Shown: positions 26,001 to 38,000 of the stretch, piece after piece | How the letters are laid out: the number at the start of each line of letters is the position of its first letter | How positions within the stretch are numbered: the stretch's first letter is position 1 | From: Podarcis pityusensis | Taxonomy: Eukaryota | Strand: one strand, 5' to 3' | Length of the DNA: 64,000 nt | NCBI GenBank assembly: GCA_964106645.2 | Contig: OZ067049.1 | The notes under the pieces: model-generated | What the model was told of the DNA's origin: nothing | Database searches by the model: none | The model's input: the letters and a program-made list of their open reading frames with translations, nothing else | Position numbers and translations under genes: made by a program

Positions 26001-29000
26001 CTCTTTCTGTTGCTTTCGTATCTACAATGTAAGCATGTTATTAAGTGATGTCCCATAAAAGTACATTTTCTGTTTCTTAAGCTGGAGACTTCTGCGAAAA
26101 AACAAACCTTAATACATATAAGCAATGAAAAAATATTTAAGAAAATACTGGGCACAACATTTTACAAACTTTCTTTCTTTATTTTTTTAAATTAGTTAAC
26201 TGATATTCATTTCTGTGATATATAAATTCACTCTTTTTCCTTATATTGTCTACATTTGAGCTGCAAAGAAAAGAACGACTGGCGCACCTGAAGGGTAGAT
26301 TTCTTTCAGCTTAGCAGGGCTGGTATGTTGGGTTATGGCTCTACCTAACATACCATCCCTGCTAGCTGAAGGGAAACAGAACAACTGACCCACCTGAAGG
26401 GTAGATTTCCTGTGGCTTAGAAGGTATGGTATGTTAGGTGGAGCCGTCACCCAACATACAAGCCCTGCTAGCCAAGAGGAAATATAGATTAATATGCTTT
26501 TCTCTATACCCATGTATTCACCTTTGCCTACTATCAATGGAGGCTAACACTTCATGCCTGTGATAAAGTGAACTCTAGTCCATGAAACCTTATGCCACAA
26601 TAAATTTGATTGACTTTAAATCTGTTAATTTGATATGTATTATACTATATTACATTAATGTAGCTCCACTCCCCCTGCCCCCAGCTCATGGGCAACTAAA
26701 AAATCAGGGTCCCAAAATGAGTAGGAGTCTCCACAAGTAAAGGAGGCTTCACTGCTAAAGATAGTTACCCTTGAACATGTGGAGGGCAATGGAGATGGGG
26801 GACAGAGTTATTGTGCTTATTCATGCTCTCCCTACTGTGTGTGGTTATTTAAGCCCCATTATGAACACCTAAAATGGGTTCAAGAAAACCCCTGAACTGC
26901 AGACCTGACTCTTCAGAAAGAGTGCAACTCCATTCATAGCCAGTTAAAAACCACCATCCGGATCAATGTACCATCTTAGCTGGATTATGTTTCAGCTTGT
27001 TTGCCATTCCAGAACTGCCTGCAGACACCTGTTCAGGATTTCTACCACCTCCCAGGTAGTAAATGGGAATGCAAGGTAAAGCTGTGTGCTATGCTTTTCT
27101 CTATAACCATGTATTCATATTTACCTATTTACACTCATCCCAAACCTCTGGATAATCTCTCTCACTGACTCCATGTGAATGTTAAAAGCACAGGGAAACA
27201 GAAGTCTTTCAGCAGCACCTGCTGGATCCGCCTCTCCAGAAAAGGCCCAGTCCATGATATCTTCAAGTTCATTCCAGAGAGGCTATCCAGAAGAGTACTA
27301 TAGATGATGGTATCAAATGTTGCTGAGAGGTCCAGGAGAAACAACATGGTTGCATTTGTTCTGTCTGCTCTGTGGCACAGGCCAGGCACGTGGGCAGCAA
27401 AGACCAATTTTGTCCCAAAATCAAGTCAAAGGTTAGACTAGACCAGGTTTAAATTTTGGGAATACCGCAACCTGCTCTAACCTGTTCAAAAATGATAGCT
27501 TTGACAGGGGACAATAATTCAGGAGTTTGTGAAAATATAAAAATACTTATGTGGCTCTGAATCTTATACTTTTGTTTCTTTATAAAAAATTGCTACCACC
27601 TCTTTTGCCAGTTTTAAAATTGTTGCTGTTGCAACACTTGCAATTTAGTTATTGATAAACTCTCACCTGTTCAAGTTGTTTTTGAACCATACTCTGCTGT
27701 TCAGTAACATGCTTGAGCTGCTCTGCATCTTCCTCTGGGAATTCTCGACCAGCTTTCTTTGCAGTGCGCTGTTTTGCAGATAGTGCCTTTTTTGATTTTC
27801 TGTGTGCTCCAATTTGCTCTTCAAGGAATTTCTGTTGCATCTGAAGAAGCTGCTGTGTTTCTTGTAGCCATTCTTCATATTGCTTTCTGTGTGAATCATC
27901 TAAGGATAAAACACAACAAATCAATTTTCTTACCATGGGTTTTGCAAACTTTCACAAATCTCATTTTCAAACTGATTTCAAAAAGAAGGGATTTTCTTTC
28001 GTATCAGCCCCCCACACCAAGTATTAACACCTTTCTCTTTTTGTAATAGAGAAAAAATAAATTATTTTGAATAAAATAAGAAAAGAGGATGTAAAGCATC
28101 AACAAAATCTGGAGCATGCAAGTATGCATTAACATCTTTCAAGGCAGAATTTAAGGCCAATCTTTTCTTACCCTAACCAAGGAATCAAGTGCTACTCCTT
28201 TGAAACTGACAATGGGGCTACAAAATCTCTCTCCCCCTTTTAAAAATAGGTTTATATAAAATATATATGAAAATGAATGTCAGGTTGGTTATTATTACCC
28301 AAATATTATTATCATCTAAGCAAGGCTAATTATTCTGAGATGTTTCTGCAACTGGTTTTTCCACATTTTATAAGTTCGGTAGGTTGTCACATTTCAAAAG
28401 CTTATTATGCACTGGCGCAGAATATTTCAGTTAATTGTGTCATAATTCAATTATTGTCTTTGAATAGGCTTGCAAATAAGCTGTGTGTATTCTGAAATAT
28501 AATATGTGCCCATGGAGTTGGCTTCAAAGTCTAATATCAGTTTATGAGAGTTATATACTTACTTACAAAACCAGGACCAAAATTTGGAGGGTTGGGCCTA
28601 GACATCTGCGGTGTTAGGTTTCCATCCTTGAAAGTGGGGGAGAAACAGAGTGCGTTAAACAAAATTCTGTTTTACAGTTGCTCTGAAGCTGTGAGGAATG
28701 GGAATCTGTGCACAAGAAACATATTTCTGCACTCAGGCTACATTCAACACGTGGTCAAGAGGCTGCTGCTACTAGGTTGTGGCATAGTTATGGACCCAGT
28801 CCAGAAAACATCCTGCTTCCCTTGTGGGATGATGAGCTCCTCTGACAAAGAGATGATCATTGCAATAAGGTGTAACAGTGCAACTCACCTGCTCATATCA
28901 GGTAAGGACAACAATTCAAATGTCTAGGGTTTCAGGCCAGAGACTTACTCAACTCATGAAAACATTAGTGGCTGTGGATATGGATGCAGGTTTGTCTGAA

Positions 29001-32000
29001 TGCTCTATCCATTATAGCACAGCAGCTTTTAGACCACAATTCCACTTACGAAAATCTGCTTTACTTCAAATTTCAGGACACGTTACCTGTGTGATTGCTT
29101 GCTGGACAAGATTCTGGCTTTCACCACTTGGTACTCCTGGCACTGCTTGACCCATAAAGGCAAATCTAGTAATGGGTAAATAAAATCACATTTTGGATTT
29201 GTTTTACAGCTAAAATTAATGAAGTGTTAATAATATGAGATTTTGATATAAACTAATCTCAGAAGGGAAACAGTGTGCTCCTGGGCATGCACAGTCTGTT
29301 GCTTCACCTTCCCAGCCCCTGCCCTTTTCTGCATACCACAGAGTTATTGCTATGTGCAGAGGAATACAGCTGTTTGTGTGTATGACATGAATCACAAAAT
29401 AGGAAATTAATGATTAATGGTAAAATTAATGCTAAAATTTACTTTGCTAATCTCCCAAGGAAGGTAACAGCTATCAGAATAACCTGAAATTTCAGTGAGC
29501 GGAAACTCATGCTGATATCTAAGAGAAGCTAAAATAGTCACAATCTTTGCCTACCTGTTCATGACCATTTGTGGCATGCCCATATTGTTCTGTGCCATTA
29601 CTTTATTGATCCCTTTCAGAGCCACCATTTTCGCTTTCATTATAGGATCAGTGATTGCATCAAAATCTATGAAACCAAAATTTAAGAAGAATAAGTATTC
29701 ATTATATAAAATAGCCAGTGTGGAGAAGCATATCATTTGTTCACCACTGCTAACCTGTTGAAGCCCATTTTTAAAAGTTTCATAATTATGACAGAAAAAC
29801 TTGGCCCACTGACGTTTCAATTATTTTTAAAGACAATTTAATGTGGTTACTATAGGTCTTTTAGAAATTCACACTTAATAATTGGTTCAAACTACATTAA
29901 GACAGGGTGACTCTAATAGATTGATGCTAGAATGCTGATAGGCATCATAGGGAATGTTTTAGACAGAAGTAGTTCTCTTAGGTGCCATTTTCCCTCTTTA
30001 TACCAGCCCTGAGCTGGTGCCAGCAGCATAATACCTTGTTTGCAAGAGAAGTAACCATAGTGCTGGAGGGAGAGAGGGAAGGATGCCTGGTAATGGACTA
30101 TGTAGATTGCTTTCACCCACCCATGTATTTGCTTTGAGGTTTTTACTCTACCTGTCGCCTTCATGACAGAGTCTTTCCTCAAGGATTTCCTCTTACTGGC
30201 TTGCTTCAACTGAGTATACAAATTTCAATAAATTGAAGTGAGAGCTGGAGCAGTGATCTCTCCCTAACTGACTTGCTAACATGACATTCTTGGCCTTATG
30301 AGAATAGCAAAAGTAAGTTTTTGCCATTCTCACACCTGCAGAGCATGTTATACCATGCTCTGAATCCAAAAGAAAGAATATACAATGACAATAAGAATAC
30401 TAACATATTAACTGGAGTTTGGAAACAGAATATACCAGTGGGGAATGTGGTTATAAGGAGTGGCAGTGTAACTGATCTGCACCTGCTTGCCCAATCCAAT
30501 TGAACAGAAACACACACACTCTTGAATGCATATGCAAATAGAGAACATGAACAGAGTTTGGCAGAATGAAGAAGCATATTTGCTCTTCCCCTTGTGGAAG
30601 ACACCTAATATGCTGCACCTTGTCCCAAATTATTCCCTTCACCTTTACTTCTCACTCAAATTCCCACTCATATTCCTCCTTCCTATACTAGGAGGGCCAG
30701 TAAAAATGGACTGGCAGCCCCCCACCCCCAAAATTCAATTGAAGTTGACAGCATTGTTTCAGGCTAGGCACCAGATGAATATTTCGGCTTCTATAATCCA
30801 CGCTTTCAGCTGCTCAGCAAGCTATGTCTATTGGATTCCGAATACACACTTTCCCTGTAGGAACAGAAAACCTCTCAGACCTATTGCAATTTCTATTTTC
30901 TTTTTTTCTACATACAGATTGAACAAATTAGAAAACACAATAGAGACAATAAATTTTATCAAATGGTGGACATTCCAAGTATTAATACCGTACTTTACCA
31001 TGTGTAAGACTAGGCTTTTTTATGTTAAAATAATGTTTAAAATTGGGGTCGTCTTATACACGGATAGTGCCGAGTGTATTTTCTTAATTTTGAGTCACCC
31101 AAAATTGTTGTTATACATGGAAAAATACGGTCTATGGTTGTTGGTTTCTATCGCACTTAGCATTATCAAAGAAAAAACAAAAACATACCAATGTTGGGGA
31201 AAAATGGCTCTGAACGCTGGCGAATCATGGCTTGCATCTGTCGCTGCTGCTGCTGCTCTTGCCTTTCTTGATCCAAAAGATCTTGCAGCAGAAGAGGCTG
31301 TTCTTCTAGCAGAAGAGGCCTCTCTCGATTTTGCTGCTGGGCTAATGTTTGTGGAATCATCATCGGCTGTGGCCCAGGCATACCACTGGGGCCGGGTCGA
31401 TTTACAGCAGGCACAGTTTGATTACCAGGCTGCACTGCCCCAAAGCTATTAGCTGTCTGGCCAGGAATAAAGGCTGGATTTACCGCCGTCCCTTGTGAGA
31501 AGTTATGGCTTATTTGTGGAACCATGTTCACATTAGGTACAGTATTTTCCATGGTTTGACCAGCAGATGTCATTAAAGTTTGCGGCATACTTGAAACAGG
31601 GTTGATTTGTGCTGCTGGCTGTGGATTAGGCGGAGAGCCCAGAGGCCCGACATCAGGGTTTTCTGAATTCTCATGAGCTAACAAACTTGTAAGAACAGGA
31701 GTGGATCCAGAGATATTGCAAGAACCTTGAGCTGATGTTGGAGCAGGGCCCGGAACAGTATCTGAGCTGGGAACAGTGATTTCCTCATTCATATTTGTTT
31801 TGCCAGGTAATTCCACATTATGGGGCATCACAGATGTTGCCTCTCCATCATGTAACTCTGTTTCAGTCATAAACTGAGTGCCGGAGGATGCCACACTTAC
31901 ATCTCTTTTTTCACTTTCAGATTTAGTTTCTTCTAATGTGTTTGGAGACATAACTTCTGTTTTAATTTCACTGATTTCAGCCGTTTTTTTCTGAGGAGAC

Positions 32001-35000
32001 AGTGCTGTAGGAGTGGCAGGTTTTTCATCCTGATGCTTTTGCTGAGTATCTTCTGCTTTGCCTTGTATTTCATCTATGGGGACATTAAGATCTAGCTCCT
32101 CACTAAACATACCTTTTTTGTCACCCAAATCGTGGTCTGGATCAGTGTAGGCAATTATGTCAAATTCGCCTGATCTTAGGAGGTAATCAAGGTGGCGATC
32201 ATTTGTTTCAAGATTATCTAATGTGTCCAGTTCATCTCCTTTGCCATCTTCTGGGTCTAGATTTAGATTTTCAAGGTCCTCGTCAACTAAATCTTTAACC
32301 TCAACACCCTCAAGGTCCTTGACATCTAAATCTTTTACAGAGGAGTCATCAGGATCAAGCTTTTCTTCTAATGCATCAGTGGGTTGGTTGGGAATCTGTA
32401 AGTCACTTGCTGCCTCAGTAGGTGTTGCTGTTGGCAAAGAACCTCCTGAAAAAGCATCATTAACTGGTGGATGACCTAAAGAACACATGACTAATACAGG
32501 TGGGTGGTTGGGATTCACTATAGCTTGCTGACCTGGCGGTAAATGCTCCAAACCAGTTGCCACATGCAATGGATTGTTTAGGCTTTGAGAATTACGTCTT
32601 GTGGGCTCTAGGTGTCTTGGGCCTTGACAGTCCTGTCTAGGTACAAATCCTGTATGTTGTTGATGCTGGGGGACTGTGTTCGTAACAGCTGATGAGGAAT
32701 TAAAAGGAAGTCTTGGCCTGCCTTCGGGTGCTCTGTGACAGAGCTCAATAAATGCCTGCCCCATGATGTTGTGCTGTTGAACCTGAATACCTTGTGGTGG
32801 GAAATGCTGTGAGAGTCCAATAGGGTTGCCCATTTGTGGCTTGTTAGGGAGTCTAGGCATGTCAATTGATCTTCTGAGTTGTGGTGGAACTCCAGCACGT
32901 TGCATTTGCTGGGGAGGCCCAAGGAAACGTTCTTGACATGGTGGAGGACCATGACCACCTCCAGAAAAACCAAATCTGGGGGGAAAATATTTGGTTGACT
33001 TGGATTGCACATTGTAGAAAGTTTACACAACAAATCAATTTTGTGGGATATTATATCTTTTGAATAAATTGAAGTGACACCTTTGCCATCCAATTTACAT
33101 TCTGACTAGCTGTTTATGAAACAAATTATTGGACTAGATGTGCATTACATCTAAAGCAGCAATACATGCTTATCTTCATATTTTGATGAAATCCAGAGTA
33201 GGTTTCAAAACAGAGTGGACCGGTTTAAATTAAGGCAATTTACATAACTACTGAAATAATCAAGAAAAACAAGTGAAAAAAATCAAGTTTCAGGCTAATC
33301 CATGTATTATCTGGGCTAAACAAGCATTTACTGCGATAAGGAAATACAAGTTTGCAATATATTATTTATAGTCTGTCCTTAAACCTACAGTCTCAATAGA
33401 GCCTCATTACTGCCCGGAACATACCTTTGTTCTGTCATATATTTTGCACTAAAGAATTTAAACCTACTTGTAGAACAATTTTGAAATTAAAGATACTTGA
33501 AGAGGTCACATATTTTTGCCCCTGCTTCGTTGTTTTTCACAGAAAAGCAAACGTTCAGCAGGTTTGATAAAGTGATTGAGTGTAGCCTTTAATGTGTTTG
33601 CAGCATTACATTAAGATATAATTTTAAACCGGAACATTTTTAAAGGGTCACTTAATATAACCAACACTTAAAACATATAGATAAAGAACCCACAAATTTA
33701 TTAAACAATGACATATTTTATGATGAAGTAATCAAGAAGTATACCTAATTCCATGAGGTCTCATTGCCATTCCACCCATATCTCCTGGAAATTGGGGTCT
33801 ATTAAACTGCCCATCAATGGGGAAACCTGTGAACCTCGGTCCGCTGGGAGGGACAATGGCTGACCTAATACTCCCAGGATACGGAGGAGGAGGCCTGTTA
33901 AAAATCTGGTTCAGATTTTCTTGCTGCTGCCATGGTTGAGTAGATCCTGCATGAGGTGCTGTGGTAGGCTCTTGTGGCATTTTCTCTTGACGGATTGCAT
34001 TCTTCTTTTGTTGCTGCTGCTGCAGAATAATCTCACGTAATTTCTGGCGCTGACAGGGAACAAAAACAATTCAGCTCATTTATTTATTTCATTCTTATCC
34101 CACCCTTTATCAGCAAGCAATCCCAGGACAGGTTATATACATAATGAAACATCAAAACAGAACAAACAGTAAATAAAACATTAGAAGAACATAGAGAAAG
34201 CACATAAGTAACACATATCTCCTTCCAGTATTAATATCACAAAATCAGTTCCCCTCTCTGCATCAGAAGCCTGAAGGAAGAGATGAGCTTTTAGCTGGTG
34301 CTAAAAACACTAAACAATGTCCGCACCAGCCATTATCTCGAGGGGGAGATTATTCTACAATTGGGGTGTCACCACTGAGAAGATCCTATTTTGTGTAACT
34401 GAGTACCCCTCAAGAGATGGGACAAGCAGAGGAAGGAAAATAAAGCAGAGGAAGGAAAATAAAGGAATACGTGTTCCTTCAGGTATCTCGGTTCTATGTT
34501 GTTCAGGGCTTTGTAGTCACCAGTAAACCCTGAAGTGGTTTCACTAGGATACAGACAGTGTTAAAGGCCTGATACTGATGATAAGACTACTGCCACAGAA
34601 TACAAAATACCTGCATCTTATAGTATAAAAGAAATGATTTACTGATACAACACAGCCACAATTGATAAGTTCTATCAACTCTGGCATCTCATGGTTTTCA
34701 CAAGCACGTTATTCAACAGTAAACTCACTTGTCTTATTTTTTCTGCATCTGCCTGAGACATTGTGGTCTGTGTATTTGTTGCTCCAGCTGTTGGTACTGG
34801 GCCAGGAGAAGCTTGGGGGAACTGTTTTCCCTGCAAGCTCATGGAAGAGTTTGCAGATGAGCCCAAATTCCCCTCTGATCCAGATCTTGGCTGATCTGCA
34901 ACATCGTGGGGAAGCTGAGCGGTTCCAAAAGTTTCTGGCTGAGGTCTTGGAGTCATTGGAGGTTGATCATAAGGATCACAAGGTGGTGCTGTTGAAGCAT

Positions 35001-38000
35001 GGCTAAAAGAATCTGTCACAGCAGGTCCCAATAGCTTTGGAGGCTGAGAACACGGATCTGATGGCCTTACAAATGTCCCAGGTAAGGTCCTGTTCTGTGA
35101 TGCCTGCAGATAAGGATCACGATTTGACATTAGGGCTGGTCTACCGTAAGGTTCTGGAATTCCAGGCCTTGGTGTTGCTGGTGGTTGAGAATATGGATCA
35201 CTACTAACCGGCCTTGGTGTACCTGGAGGTTGGGCATATGGATCAGAATGCCTTTGATTAGCTGAAACCTGAGCAAATAAGTCTCCAGTCTGTGCAGGTC
35301 TTGGTGTGAGTGGCTGATGCATGTATGGGTCAACAGCAGTGGGGCGAGGAGTACCCGGAGGCTGGGCATAGGGGTCTGTGACTGGCCGAGGAGTACCCGG
35401 AGGCTGGGCGTAGGGGTCTGAGACAGGCCGAGGAGTACCCGGAGGCTGGGCATAGGGGTCTGAGACAGGCCGAGGAGTACCCGGAGGCTGGGCATAGGGG
35501 TCTGCGACAGGCCGAGGAGTACCCGGAGGCTGGGCGTAGGGGTCTGCAACAGGCCGAGGGGTACCCGGAGGCTGGGCGTAGGGATCTGAGACAGGCCGAG
35601 GGGTACCCGGAGGCTGGGCGTAGGGGTCTGCAACAGGCCGAGGAGTACCCGGAGGCTGGGCATAAGGGTCCTGAGCAACTGCCCTTGAAATAGTTCCAGA
35701 CTGAGAAAAAGAATCACCCTGGTTTCGCACTACTCTTTGTGGGTGGGCAAAAGTCTCTTTTATTGCTGGATGTGGAGTCAGAGGAGGCTGACTATATGGG
35801 TCATTAGATGGATTGTGTGAAAAGCTATCTACTGGCCTTGGTGTCAAAACAGGCCGTTCATAGGGTTCCACAGACATGCGCCGTGGGGTTGGTGGCAATG
35901 AAACATACGGATCTTGTGGGGACTGAGTTGGGCGCATTGGAGTTTTAAATGGGCCAGGACTTCCCTCAACAGCAGGAATGGGAGTCAATGGTGGGCGTGC
36001 ATATGAGTCAGCAGGAGACATCCGGGGCCTTTGAAACGTATCTGTTCTTGGAGGTGGTTTAGCAAAGGGGTCGCTGTTTCCCACTGATAAAGATGCTTTC
36101 CCTGGTTGTTCGGAAATTAAAGGTGATCTTGATATTCCCAAAGGTTTGGAGAAAGGTTCCGTTCCCATTGTAGGCCTGGGTGTATCTGGAGCTTTTGCAT
36201 AAGGGTCAATGTTGACTGGAGACAAAGAACATGAATCTCTGACAGGTGATGGCCTGCTCCCTGTTGATTCAGATGCCGGAGCTGGCCTGGATAGGGGTGA
36301 AGGGGGTGGACAGATATCTACTGATGTAACAGAATTTATTCTGACAAAGTTTTGATTTTGGTTAACAGGTGGTGGCCTAGGAGTTCCCACCATTTTTGCA
36401 TAAGGGTCAACAGGAGAAGGTGGTCTGGTAGAGGAGCAAGGGGGAAACATCTGTTGTGATGGTGCCTGGCAATGTGCATCTTGAACAGGCATTCTATTTG
36501 GTGCTGCAGGTGGAGGTGGGGCCTGTGGCTTTAAGAAAACATCAGAAGGTGTAGAAGTAGGGGTACCAGGAACCTGTTTTGTATATAATGTCTGTTGTGC
36601 AGGAGACATACTTCCATTGCCAGTCTGAGGGGTTAAAGGACTTTGAATCCCACTACTAGGTGTGTCTGAACCTGACTGGTTCAAAAGCTGCTGTGACCCA
36701 AGTTGTTGTTGCAGTTGCTGCTGTTGCTGCTGCTCATTTTTCACTTGCTCAAGTTTCTGTGTTGCTTCAATTTTAGCTTGCTGTTTACTTTTCTGACGCA
36801 TTTGCTGTTTTAGGAAAGGAAAAAACCAGGTTGCATTATAACTATCAGGAAATCAAACAATAGTGAAGAATTCATAAGCACATTTTAAGGTCATTTGAAA
36901 AGTTCCAACAAATTAAGGATATGGGGCCAATTATTTCTAATATGTATATTATTTATGCAGGCTTCCAAATGACTAATATCAAACGTGCAGATCTCTGAGA
37001 ATATATACTTAAATTTGAAGAAGAAAGACAACCTCTGTTAAAAGATACAGGGACACTGTATAACTTCCTTGGACATTCCATCCAAGGTGAAAGTACCAGA
37101 GGCTTCTGAACTTTATTTTTAAAGGTCCTATTCTGAGTTTCTTATGTCACACAAAATTATCCCTATGGTGGTTTGTCACATGAGCTAACATAGTATGCAG
37201 CTCACAATACATTGGTCTACATATGCTAAATGCACTGACTATCAAAATGACATTTTATTTCACTAGTGCGGAAAAACCTGCTAACTTTCTTGTGAAACAC
37301 CATGTGGAAATAATAATTCATTTGTAATAGTTACGAGTAGCCTCTACAAATGCTCATGACCTGAGAATTACTGTATTTTTCGCTCTATAAGATGCACCAG
37401 ATCACAAGACGCACCTAGTTTTTGGAGGAGGAAAATAAGAAAAAAAATATTCTGAATCTCAGAAGCCAGAACAGCAAGAGGGATCGCTGTGCAGTGAAAG
37501 CAGCAATCCCTCTTGCTGTTCTGGCTTCTGTGATAGCTGCGCAGCCTGCATTCGCTCCATAAGACGCACACACATTTCCCCTTACTTTTTAGGAGGGGAA
37601 AAGTGAGTCTTATAGAGCAAAAAATACGGTACCTTCTACACATGTGGTGCCTCACCGAGAAGCTGAACTATGAAATGGCTTTGAGTTCTTCAGGCATCTG
37701 CAGTATGGCGGGGCTTCTTAAACTCTCTAACCACAGGGCCAGTTTGAGGGGCCTAAAACTTACTGAGGCCTACCAGTCTATATAGAGGAGGTACGGGGAT
37801 GGAGCCAGTCAAAAAACGGTAGCAAATGGAGGAAGTTTAATTTAAGCCCCACTTTTTGTTACTTTAAATTGAGAATTCTCAGTTAAGGTGCTAGGATTAT
37901 GTAGACGTCACTTCCGAGGCTACCTATACTTGCTGTACACAGCCCATATACAAAGTATATGATAAACTACTATTTCCTTTTCTAGCATCTGATGTTAATT

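Noticed and set aside
25934-26155. Apparent frameshift at the start of exon 43
   Set aside because: From the acceptor at 26021 the frame is open into ORF 24318-25952; the track simply starts at the first Met
35335-35670. Regular repeat resembling a CRISPR array
   Set aside because: No unique spacers, eukaryotic locus, in-frame coding repeat
35130-35717. 195-aa alternative-frame ORF overlapping exon 36
   Set aside because: The 42-bp unit lacks stops in that frame; a by-product of the repeat
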